Part shown: piece after piece, positions 54,744 to 64,000 of the stretch | Layout of the letters: each line of letters opens with the position of its first letter | How positions within the stretch are numbered: position 1 is the first letter of the stretch | Virus record (IMG/VR): IMGVR_UViG_3300031673_000004 | Span: 64,485 to 128,484 of that record | Strand: one strand, 5' to 3' | Length of the DNA: 64,000 bases | DNA from: a virus | Program-made: the position numbers and the translations under genes | The notes under the pieces: model-generated | Seen by the model: only the letters and a program-made list of their open reading frames with translations | What the model was told of the DNA's origin: nothing | Database searches by the model: none

Positions 54744-55238
54744 CTACGGCTTAAATAAATTCTGCATAATTTGGTTCACTACACACTTTGGAACGAATGG
54801 AGTTACATCCCCTCCCATTAACGCAATCCCTCTAATAGCAGTGGAACTAAGATAGAAGTTCGTCTCATCAGGCATCAGAAAAACTGTATTGCATCCAGGG
54901 AGCAACCGACGATTGAATTGTGTCATTTGAAACTCTGAATCAAAGTCAGACACAGCCCGCAAACCACGAACTAAAACATTAGCACCTATCCGTTTAGCGT
55001 ATTTCACGGTCATGCCGTTGTAATGGTAAATTTCAACTTGCTTAGACATCTCCAATCCTAGATCTTTTACTGCGTCAACTACCAAGAGTTCTCTAGTAAT
55101 CCCAGTAAACATACATTTTTTATCTAGGTTCACTGCAATACCGATTGCTACTACATCAAATATACCGCAAGCTTGGCTGATAATATCCATGTGACCGTTT
55201 GTAATAGGATCGAAGGATCCTGCATATAAAGCTTTCAT
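54744..55238 (-). CDS. coaD: Phosphopantetheine adenylyltransferase
   Basis: YAGSFDPITNGHMDII, LVRGLRAVSDFDSE, LSSTAIR, GGDVTPFVP. Confidence 0.93.
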   Translation of the reverse strand: MKALYAGSFDPITNGHMDIISQACGIFDVVAIGIAVNLDKKCMFTGITRELLVVDAVKDLGLEMSKQVEIYHYNGMTVKYAKRIGANVLVRGLRAVSDFDSEFQMTQFNRRLLPGCNTVFLMPDETNFYLSSTAIRGIALMGGDVTPFVPKCVVNQIMQNLFKP

Positions 55239-55621
55239 TTGTTAGACTCCATTTTTGCAAATCTTTTTGCCCTGTACCATCCACTTCCAGTAGGTTCAAA
55301 ACGGGCTATGGGAGAATGGAATTTTGGGTTGTTCGAGAAATGTGGATCAGCATGTTCTTGCGCTTCAAAATCGTCGATTGTAATATTCTCGTACACTAGA
55401 ACTTTCCTACCTTCAAAATTAGTAACCCCGGAGTATTTCAAATCAATTACCAAGAAACTCCCTATTTGTTCATGAGCAATTATACTAAACTTTATAGGGT
55501 TGGGCATTCCAGGTTTTACTATAATGGTTTTTTCTATAATTTTCTCGATTACTTCTTTAGGCTGGTCGTATGTAGAACCCGATCCAAGTTTAAATATACC
55601 CATGATGCACCTCCTACCCAA
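55235..55621 (-). CDS. Hypothetical phage protein
   Basis: NP..F, Y...TNFEG.KVLVY, DPHF, SPIARF.PT..GW. Confidence 0.65.
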   Translation of the reverse strand: MGRRCIMGIFKLGSGSTYDQPKEVIEKIIEKTIIVKPGMPNPIKFSIIAHEQIGSFLVIDLKYSGVTNFEGRKVLVYENITIDDFEAQEHADPHFSNNPKFHSPIARFEPTGSGWYRAKRFAKMESNK

Positions 55622-55988
55622 AGAAGACCAGAATTAACTGGCATAAGTGAAAAGATTGGTCAATTATATAGGCAGTCCCATCGCTAACTCCGTGCTGAGA
55701 CATTCTAAAACCTGTTGATACCTGCTGTGTATCCCAGCCCTTATACCATCCTCGGGCCTTCCATGTGTCCATAGCGAAGTGTCCAACCACCAAGAAGACC
55801 GCCTTCCACCAGGAAAATAACCCAAGATGGTAAAGAAGCAAACTAAGGCCGAATCCCCAAATTATGCAGTGCACTAGCATTACTGTGTGATATTTGCTTT
55901 TATATTTTTTCTGGAATTCACACTGAAGAGGATAATCTAAAATAAGATTAGCCCAATAGAAAAGCATAAATTGGATAGCCACAGACAT
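55614..55988 (-). CDS. DUF3307-like membrane protein
   Basis: DYPLQ, HC.IW, HF.MD..K, DQSFH. Confidence 0.75.
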   Translation of the reverse strand: MSVAIQFMLFYWANLILDYPLQCEFQKKYKSKYHTVMLVHCIIWGFGLSLLLYHLGLFSWWKAVFLVVGHFAMDTWKARGWYKGWDTQQVSTGFRMSQHGVSDGTAYIIDQSFHLCQLILVFFG

Positions 55989-55998
55989 TATGTTCTCC

Positions 55999-56556
55999 TC
56001 AGTTTGTCTTTCGTTTATAAATCATAAGATAATCGTGGATACCAAACCACTGAGGTATACTAATTTCTTCAAACTGTTCCCATTTTTTCTCAAGTGCTTC
56101 ATGAAAGTTATCATTTGCAGTACAGCCACCATGCCCTTCACCACAATAAACAAGTTTATTTCCTTTGTATTTTTTCAATGCCTCATATGCCCAAGATTCA
56201 TTATAACAAGGCCAAATGAACATTAAAATATGTTTCGGATATTTTTTAATTGCCTGCACTGCAGACAATTTTTTAACCTCAGTCCATTGTTTCTTGAATT
56301 TATACGTACTATATTTAAAATGAATCTTGTCCGTAGCAACGATCTCAACATTTCGTTTCTGCAATTCATATGCCCAGTAACCTGTACCTGCTCCAACTTC
56401 AATAAAAGGAGCAAAGGGTTTCAATTGTTCAATCGCCTCTTCAGTCAAGATAGCAAAACTAAAAAGTTTGGTACATTTAGCCCGCAGAATATAATTTCCT
56501 AAAGGAGTAGCCCCAACGCGGTTACGTTCACGAAATTTTTCGTATTCAGTAAGCAT
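55999..56556 (-). CDS. SAM-dependent methyltransferase-like protein
   Basis: IEVGAGTGYWA, IVATD, WP, YCGEG.GGCTA. Confidence 0.75.
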   Translation of the reverse strand: MLTEYEKFRERNRVGATPLGNYILRAKCTKLFSFAILTEEAIEQLKPFAPFIEVGAGTGYWAYELQKRNVEIVATDKIHFKYSTYKFKKQWTEVKKLSAVQAIKKYPKHILMFIWPCYNESWAYEALKKYKGNKLVYCGEGHGGCTANDNFHEALEKKWEQFEEISIPQWFGIHDYLMIYKRKTN

Positions 56557-57701
56557 CTTTCAATTCTTTCAAAAACTTATTTATCTTTTCGATAAGCTTT
56601 TTTCTTTCTGGTGTTTCATCTTCCCTGTAACAGGTTACATACCATCTATCTTCATTGTTTCTAAATTTACCTCCAAAGCCTAATTTTCCAACACATCTAT
56701 ATTCAGTAATACCTTTCTCTGCTGCATGGAAAATAAAGGATTCTCTCTCCACGTCAACGCTATCAATAATATGTGAGGAAGCCCCACCGTGTTTAATCAG
56801 ATAATCATAAATTTTTTCAGCAGCTTCCTTTGGAATTAATTTCATTGTTTTCCCTCAATAAATTTCGAGCCGCATCCAACTCCTTATCGTACTGCGGTCC
56901 CGTGTAGCTGTGCCCATGCGCAAATGCCAGGTCCCAAACACATCTGTATTCCTTGTTGTCGTTTATTTCATCGAGCTTCTTCACAAGATTGCGCAATGCT
57001 TTTTGCGTACTTTCTAATTTGTCTTTCAATTTAACATTTTCTTTTTCAAGTTGGATCTTATCTGCTTTTATCTTCTCAATATCCCATGCATTAATCATGA
57101 ATAGCTCCTCCTTAAGGTTATCTCCCAACACGAAGACGTTTATCCATTTTTTCCCGAAGCTCATAGTATTGCCTTTGCCATAGGAAAATGCCTTTTCTGT
57201 GTTCCTTCTTCGCAGCCATTACATACTTGTAGAATTTGTTGCGTGCATCGATAATGATTTCTGTTGGAACGTCTGAATCCTGCTTGGAATACTCATCGGG
57301 AACTACCCCACCGTCAGAAGCCCGTTCCTTCTTCCAATAGTCTTTAACAAACTGGAGAGCGTCTTCCTTGGTTGCATGGAGTGAGCATCCATCCGGGCGT
57401 TGCCCCCAACCACGTTCGTACTCTGTCCAAGTAAACATCCACAGGTTGGCCATATCATACCTCCTGCTGACATCATAGAGATTGTTTAGTAATAAGTAAA
57501 GTATTATTTCCGACAGATAGGACATTTCCCTTCAGGAATATTAGTAGTTTTTATAAAATCATTTGCTGTTGATCCAGCAGGATAATATCCACGAATCCAT
57601 TTTAGGGTAGGATCATACTCAGCAAAACAATGCTGACAAACGATTGTATTTGAGTAGCGTGGTTTTGGTGTTTGTATAAGCTCCGGATTTGCCATGCCCA
57701 T
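56546..57701 (-). other. Small hypothetical genes (56546-56845, 56817-57164, 57118-57453, 57504-57701)
   Basis: Packed ORFs with RBSs. Confidence 0.6.
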
Positions 57702-58328
57702 TTATTGCATCCTTTCTAGATTTATAAAATACGAATCATTAGATCTCTTTATCTTTACAAAATTTGCCCTCATTTTATTCATTACCACATCGAGCCGCTT
57801 CTCTATATCTGCTTTAGCCGAGTGGAACCTGTTCCCGATCTCTTGCGGAGACATCCCTTCGAAAAAGCGCATTCTAAAGATGCGGTTTTCTTTTTCATTC
57901 AATAACGTTTTGCTTACAAGGTTATCCAATTTTTCGCATAGCTCCTTGCGCAACAAAGTGCTTTCTGGCATATACATCTCCCGTGAATACTGTGACAAGC
58001 CCAATCCAATGTCTCGAAGCTCATTTGGATGCACTTCAAACTCTATTTCGTAGCCGTACATCTTTAGCAGGCTCTCGGGAAATAGATAATCTTCGGGTAG
58101 CTTCCAAAAATGTGCAAGCTCTATTACTGCTCCTCGCCATTTTCCTTTTTTAGTTTTTGGAGACACCTTCATTTTTTCCAATAATCCATAGAAGCTTTGA
58201 GATACAGAAAGATGTCTGCATAAGTCAGCTACAGTCCAGCCCTTTCTTAGGCGTAATTTTCTCAGCCGATTATTATATATTCTAACATTTACGGCAAGCT
58301 GTGGGGAACTACTACGATTATTTGACAT
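57702..58328 (-). CDS. XRE-type HTH + sigma region-4-like regulator
   Basis: LRKLRLRKGWTVADLC..LSVSQ..YG.LE; LNEKE.RIF.MRFF.GMS.QEIG. Confidence 0.75.
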   Translation of the reverse strand: MSNNRSSSPQLAVNVRIYNNRLRKLRLRKGWTVADLCRHLSVSQSFYGLLEKMKVSPKTKKGKWRGAVIELAHFWKLPEDYLFPESLLKMYGYEIEFEVHPNELRDIGLGLSQYSREMYMPESTLLRKELCEKLDNLVSKTLLNEKENRIFRMRFFEGMSPQEIGNRFHSAKADIEKRLDVVMNKMRANFVKIKRSNDSYFINLERMQ

Positions 58329-59698
58329 TGTTACCATCCGGCAGCGCATCAATATTGTCATCGAGCCAATTTTCAGGGAGTTTGCCAGTAGCATGTTTAG
58401 AACATCGTGTGAGCAAATCTGCAAAAATTCCCACACTGCCAGTCTTTATTCCCTTATTGAATTTGCCCAGTTCTCCTTGCCGTTTGCGAATACAAATCTC
58501 TCCCCGATTGACTCTAACCAGGACCATTTCTCCTGGGCCGGATAAAAAGGCATCCATTGCTACATAAGTAATTTCCTTGCATGCGGGATGGTCACATTCT
58601 GAAAAGGCCATAAACATTTTTAGTCTCCTTCCGTACAAGATTTTTAAGCATTTATTCTCAACAACAACAATGATTAGTAATCTCCATAAACCAAGCAGCC
58701 CAGTATTTCCCAGGACCACTGTTTGGGATATCACCCCATGTTTTTTCTCTACAAGCCTGCAACTCCTGTCTAGTAACATTTTTAGGGTGCATGTATGCGT
58801 CTATACCCCCGTGCCACCCAGCTAACAGGGTAACTTTCAGTTTCTTTTCCTTAGCTTCTTTGCGAATTATTCGTAAACTGCAATAATTACATCTAGTAAG
58901 TTCACTCATACGTCCTCCATGAACTTTTTCAAATTACGTTTTATTTTCCGGGATCTTACCCACTCCAAAAGTACCGTGGCAAGAATTACTACGATAAATG
59001 ACACACCTGCGCCAATTCCACCGCAACCGGCTGCGTCTCCTGGGGAATACCCAAACAGACGAGCAATTACAAATATACTAATAAACCACCCAATCGCAGC
59101 ACCAATCGCTTTCATTGTTTCTCCATATGTTTTACAGAGGGTCTACACCACCATGCCCATTTTCACAGACTACCCCACTCGGGCACGTTCGCTGTGGTTT
59201 TCCACACACGGGGCAGTTCGTGCTGGTAGGCGGCAACTCAGTAAAACTAATTATATCTTCTTTGTAAGGAATTTCGTAACTGACCAGGAAATCTGCTAAC
59301 AATAATCGCAACCCCCGCATCATCGCAGTATTTGGGCTTTTAGCCAGGGCACGAAGAAACTCCCGGATAGTTTTGATTAGTATCCGGTCAGTTTTGATAT
59401 GAGGAAATAAATTTTTTACCAAGTTAATCTCACATGTTTATTTTTAGTTTAACTGGACATTTCTTCATTTCATTTTGAGGGCGAGCATATGAATCTTTTT
59501 ATATTTAATACCTACGTATCCTGGTTTTTTACATTCTATATACTCACACAAATACCAATCTTCCCCCTCATAACCACAGGCCGCAAAAGCAAGTCGGTTA
59601 CATTTCCACTGTTTGCCGATGGTCACACCAGTCGGAACAGAGCAGGAGTACTCTCCAAGTGCGTCAAACTGTTTTTTAGTCAACCAAACAGGTTCCAT
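58318..59698 (-). other. Small hypothetical genes (58318-58617, 58658-58909, 58906-59115, 59132-59422, 59465-59698)
   Basis: Packed ORFs; several Cys-rich, one membrane protein. Confidence 0.55.
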
Positions 59699-59733
59699 GT
59701 TACCATTATACCCTAGCGTCCAAGTCTAATAAA

Positions 59734-60010
59734 AAAGATAAACTTGACAGACTCTGAATGTTTTTAATTAAATTCGGTGTCTACAGCTTCCGTAAATTTA
59801 TCCCGAGCATCAAATCCGAATTTATTTACCAGCATAAATCTGCGAATTCGCAAATAGATGTCTGCCTTGGAAGAGGATTCCTTTTTAATTTTCGTGGCTA
59901 CGAGTATTGATTTGTCAATAAATTCTGAAGCATCCATTTTGTAACCTCCTCACCAAGAGAGTACGCATCATTGCAGGTTTTGTCAACCATAAAGATAAAC
60001 TTGACAGACT
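59734..60010 (+). repeat. 20-bp direct repeat AAAGATAAACTTGACAGACT (59734-59753, 59991-60010) containing a -35 box
   Basis: Exact match, seen directly. Confidence 0.85.
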
Positions 60011-60053
60011 GTTTCGAGTGTCTTAGTATAATGTTTAACTGAAAGGAGATACC

Positions 60054-60440
60054 ATGAGGAAACCAACCACCAGACAAGTTTATAATGCAATCCTAGCTTC
60101 CATTGAGCACTGGAAACGAATGAGAAAATGGGTAAGGGAAGAAATAAAGGATGGAGAGTCAGAGGTAAGTGAGTACATTATGACTAAGGTATTGGGCGAA
60201 GGCTGGTTCGATGAAAGTTGCCCATTGTGTACCATGTTTGATTGTTGCTACATTCCAATCAAATATCCTTGCCCAATTGCCACATATTATGAATCTTGCA
60301 ATGAACGTAATTCTGCATGGGATAAAGTTTATGACCAAACTATATGGGAAGAGTGGCTTATTGCGTCAGATGAAATGATGTATGTCTTAGTAAATCTCAA
60401 GAAAAGATATAAAAGAAAGTTAATGAAGAAGTCACACTAG
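60054..60440 (+). CDS. Cys-rich hypothetical phage protein
   Basis: AAGGAG RBS; SIEHW, CPLC..C..CP. Confidence 0.7.
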   Translation: MRKPTTRQVYNAILASIEHWKRMRKWVREEIKDGESEVSEYIMTKVLGEGWFDESCPLCTMFDCCYIPIKYPCPIATYYESCNERNSAWDKVYDQTIWEEWLIASDEMMYVLVNLKKRYKRKLMKKSH

Positions 60441-61463
60441 CAGTACAATGTTACATACTAAAGTTTAGTCTTTGGAAGGCAGGGGTAGGATTTCCACATG
60501 CATTCCAGGCCCTAGAACAACCACCTCTTTGCCGGTAAGATCTGCAATTCTCTTTTCAAGTTCCTTTGCTTTGTCACCGTCAAGAACCCAGCCGGTCGCA
60601 CCAGTCTGTGTTACAAAGATAATTTCTTTTTCTGATTTCATTTTCTTTCTCCTTTTCGTATTCCTTCAAGAAAGCGTTTGTTATGTTTTCCCAGAAGATG
60701 CCAAGTTTGGTTATTGGAACAGTCACCGTCATTTTACCTGGTAGTAACTTTAGCTGTTTAGATCCAACTGCCTTAATTTTTCCCATATTTTTTAGCCCCA
60801 CTCGATTGTAGCTATCCAGACACTACTTTTGGTAGCCAGGTACCCTTCCTAATACCAAAACTGGAGACTGGCCAGAATCAACGCTCTGCCAACCTACAAC
60901 GCAGTCATCTAGCTTCCATGGAGCCAATGACTGCCCACTCTCCCTTAACTGAACACCAGTCTCCAGTAGTCATGCTTCTAGTTTCCCGTTAAGTTCATCT
61001 ATGCTCATTGCTAACAGTAGCTGTTCCGCGTGTACCAGTAATTTCTCGCCTAAATAGTTAGCCTGGGGTTCCACATCCTCCTTTGGGATACCTAGAAAAA
61101 CTCCATAGGAAATTTTGACAAGACTCCATTTTATAGAACAATCAATGTATTGCGACTGACCGAGACAGTATTCCGATAGACTCGTAGCGCCTTCTGATAA
61201 GTTCGGGTCAAGGGCACAAGGGTAGCGCAAAACCGCTGGTAGGCGGCATGAAACCTCACGACGTCTTGTTTCCCTCGTCCTCCAGCAACTCCGAGGCCCA
61301 GCAAAGCTTCTGCCGCGGTTTTTGTGGCACCTGGTTTGCAATGGTGCCGGGGAAGTAGTCGACAAGCTCCAGGGGGTTTCTTGGGGGCCTTGAATCTTTG
61401 ATTAATCAGGTATTTCATTATATGATCTCCTTATTCGTCATAATTAAGTTCCTACAATTGTTA

Positions 61464-62042
61464 TCAAAAGAATCCTTGTACTCCGAGATAGCCTACTGGT
61501 ATCTGTACAAGAGTTCCACCAAAATCGTTCAGGATAAAAGAGAATATTCCCCTGACTCCTATATCAACAGCCACGTGCTGATTGCAAGGAATCAGCAGAC
61601 CCATCCGCAATCCCAGGTCAAGGGTCTTGAGTGTATCACCCTCATCCGGGATAAGAAAAGACATACCAAAGCCAATTCCCAAGTATGGCCGTACACTAGC
61701 ATCGAAGTAATAGTCAAGATTTAATCCGAAGGATAGATTGGTCGTGTAATCCTCATATAGATCCCCCAAACCAATTGCAATATCAAACCCACCAGAAATG
61801 GCAAAACCATCAAGGAGAAAGTAACCAATTCTTGGTGAAATGGTAAGAATGCCTCCCGATTCCGAGTTTCCATCTTCCGGAATAGCGATGACTCCTGTGA
61901 TGCTTGCAGACCCGCCGAGAGCCACTGTCCCAGCCGATAGATCCAATTCGGACTGAGCAAAAGCCGCAGGCGAAACAAGCAGTAGGATGATAAGATAGAG
62001 ATAAAACCATGAAAATCTATCCAATGAGTTTTTTAGCATCAT
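61464..62042 (-). CDS. Outer-membrane beta-barrel protein (OmpA/Lom-like 8-strand type)
   Basis: GGAGGAGG RBS; signal peptide ..AAFA-QS; alternating beta strands (PRIGYF, YYF..RPYLGIG); C-terminal Phe. Confidence 0.8.
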   Translation of the reverse strand: MMLKNSLDRFSWFYLYLIILLLVSPAAFAQSELDLSAGTVALGGSASITGVIAIPEDGNSESGGILTISPRIGYFLLDGFAISGGFDIAIGLGDLYEDYTTNLSFGLNLDYYFDASVRPYLGIGFGMSFLIPDEGDTLKTLDLGLRMGLLIPCNQHVAVDIGVRGIFSFILNDFGGTLVQIPVGYLGVQGFF

Positions 62043-62233
62043 TTCCTCCTCCCTACAACACAAAATTACATGGCCATCTGCTACACTGGCACCGTACAGT
62101 TTCATTCTGGCGTATTTGCGGGCTGCTTTCAGTAGGTCTTCTTCACACTTGGTTCGGTAGCTCATAATTGCATTATACTCATCCCCCACGCTTTTGTCAA
62201 TTATTAGTATAATGAAGTTGAAAGGAGAAAAAG

Positions 62234-62485
62234 ATGAAGATTTTATGTTTATTGATCCTCCTATCCAGTTTATGTAGTTGTTCTGCTACTACAGATCCTG
62301 AAAATAACTATCAGGTGGTGTATCGCTCAAGGATGGGAGGAGGGTTTCGGGGTGTTTATTGTATTTGTTTTCCACAGCCAAAGAATACTCCTTGTTATTA
62401 TTTTACTGCTCCTGCTCAAGGAGGCTTTACACAAGCAATAGGGGATGATTTAAAGCCCATTCATTGCACGATAACTATCCACTAA
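62234..62485 (+). CDS. Putative lipoprotein
   Basis: MKILCLLILLSSLCSC; AAGGAG RBS. Confidence 0.6.
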   Translation: MKILCLLILLSSLCSCSATTDPENNYQVVYRSRMGGGFRGVYCICFPQPKNTPCYYFTAPAQGGFTQAIGDDLKPIHCTITIH

Positions 62486-62536
62486 TCCGCAGGTTTCCAG
62501 ATACAACAAGAGTGACTTTTCATCTTTTGTTATGAC

Positions 62537-62971
62537 TTACTCCGTTTCATCGCCATTGAGCACTATCTTGAAACCATTTTCATCTTCAATACGTAAAACT
62601 ACATCCCTGATCATAAATTGTTTTTTAACAAATGTATCTAACAGTTTATGCCACCATTCAACAATCCTGTTAATATCTTCTTTTTTACCAAAATCACGAA
62701 GATCTCCCCATATAGGAATGACGATCCATGGTAATCCTGTATCGTACTCTATCACCCGATAGGCAAGAGATCCCTCACTTCCCATAGGCAACGTGCACTC
62801 CTCGTTCGGTTCGTCAAAAGTAGACATTGGTCCTAGAACAGCTTCGACCACACCTACATTATATACCTCTTCATTAATCTTTGGCAGTCCATCAATACGA
62901 ATGGAGCCGATAACATGTGTCCATAAGCTCATTTTAACCTGGCATTTTTCACCGTTCAACTCTGATCGCAT
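62537..62971 (-). CDS. Hypothetical phage protein
   Basis: MSLWTHV.G.IRID, LP.GSEGSL, WGDLRD. Confidence 0.65.
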   Translation of the reverse strand: MRSELNGEKCQVKMSLWTHVIGSIRIDGLPKINEEVYNVGVVEAVLGPMSTFDEPNEECTLPMGSEGSLAYRVIEYDTGLPWIVIPIWGDLRDFGKKEDINRIVEWWHKLLDTFVKKQFMIRDVVLRIEDENGFKIVLNGDETE

Positions 62972-63534
62972 TTCGCACCTAACTCACCGTCACTGCACGA
63001 TTCAGTGTTAACCGCTTCGTCTGTTAACCGGGTTGAATCTTTTTTGAGGTGCTTCCTGTCGTCGCTTTCTATCTCTACGTTTTGCTCGTTCAGGTCGCAG
63101 TAGACGACGGCAGGCTTTTTGTCCTCACCCCAGATGTACGTGCTGATGTGCCCAGCGACGGCCTGCATTGCGGCCTCTATTGCCGGGTCGTCACACGCAA
63201 TCGGTTCGCGGCAAAGCTCAACGGGAAGCTGAACGGTGAATGGGACGATCATCTCGCCCATAACATCCACGTACTCACCAGTGGCCTCTGGAGGATTGCA
63301 GATAGGCTGCGAGTGCGCCCGTCTCCACTCTTCCAACTCTTTGCGTGCCTCTTCCCGCTCGTGTTCTGCAACCTCAAGATCGTGACGAAAAGCTGCAATA
63401 TCGGTTTCGTGTTCGATAGCCTGCGCCTCGAACGCATGGAGTTGTGCTTTTAGGTGTGATGCCCCTAACAGCGCAGATTCATAGGCCGATAACTGCTCTG
63501 GAAAGGTCATCTCTGAAAATCGTTTATCCGTCAT
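62956..63534 (-). CDS. Hypothetical coiled-coil protein (GC-richer segment)
   Basis: GGAGG RBS, 192 aa. Confidence 0.65.
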   Translation of the reverse strand: MTDKRFSEMTFPEQLSAYESALLGASHLKAQLHAFEAQAIEHETDIAAFRHDLEVAEHEREEARKELEEWRRAHSQPICNPPEATGEYVDVMGEMIVPFTVQLPVELCREPIACDDPAIEAAMQAVAGHISTYIWGEDKKPAVVYCDLNEQNVEIESDDRKHLKKDSTRLTDEAVNTESCSDGELGAKCDQS

Positions 63535-63749
63535 TTGGTGCCTCCAAGATTCGTAATGTCCACCGTAGCGGCCCCGAGTTGGCGATATGCCGCAAGGGAG
63601 CGCCCCAGGGCATCCTTCGCCCTATGCCACACCTTGTGACCGTACTCCCCATTGCGCTCGAACATCTCAATATCCCGCATCAGATCAAGGCATCGCTGGC
63701 GCACTTTCTCTTTTGATTGGCTCATTGCTCTCTCCTTGTTAACCGGCAT
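63531..63749 (-). CDS. Hypothetical protein
   Basis: ORF overlapping the next start; AAGGAG RBS before MSQ. Confidence 0.55.
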   Translation of the reverse strand: MPVNKERAMSQSKEKVRQRCLDLMRDIEMFERNGEYGHKVWHRAKDALGRSLAAYRQLGAATVDITNLGGTK

Positions 63750-64000
63750 CGCTCAAGTTCGAGTCCGTGATGCCCTCCCATTAATTATCATTAGAGAATT
63801 CTTCCTGCAACTTTTGGTAAGTTTCAAAACGTTTCTTTTTGTTATTGATGGCAGCAGCCTTATTTTCCTGTTCTTTTATTTCCGCCAGTCTTGCTTCTTC
63901 CCTCTTCTTCGCTTTATCTAGCGTGACGAGGAACTCCTCAATATGATCCTCCGTTGGATCGTCTAGTAATACAACTGGTATTTCCAGCGGATAGTTGTAT

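Overview
This window is a 64-kb segment of a large, AT-rich tailed-phage (jumbo/huge phage-like) genome that uses the standard genetic code. The host is probably a Gram-negative bacterium, inferred from an outer-membrane beta-barrel gene. Layout: (1) 1-14.8 kb is a replication, recombination and nucleotide module: family A DNA polymerase (open at the left edge), RecA, SSB-like protein, SbcD/SbcC and class II RNR, together carrying four LAGLIDADG inteins. (2) 14.9-24.2 kb holds acidic, probably virion-associated proteins, including a 1202-aa nucleotidyltransferase-led polyprotein. (3) 25.5-41.7 kb is an RNA-rich island: 23 canonical tRNAs plus degenerate ones, a ~500-nt GOLLD-like RNA, three circularly permuted tRNA-like (YrlA-type) RNAs, a tandem array of covarying hairpins in front of a TROVE-like/TerD gene, a split RlmN-like radical SAM enzyme, dCMP deaminase, primase, a capsid-like paralog and a DNA MTase. 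(4) 41.7-64 kb is mostly minus-strand accessory genes: two PARP-type ADP-ribosyltransferases, arginine decarboxylase, a GHKL ATPase, an RlaP-like nucleotidyltransferase, an Rnl2 ligase, CoaD and many small ORFs. The best candidates for undescribed systems are: the split RlmN-like enzyme that lacks the resolving Cys and whose methyl-carrier Cys motif lies beyond the stop codon in a separate 39-aa ORF; the hairpin array + TROVE/TerD + YrlA-like RNAs; the gene-plus-ncRNA pair at 34.8-36.0 kb; and the replacement of U33 by C in six tRNAs. All calls come from reading motifs by eye; no database searches or folding programs were run.
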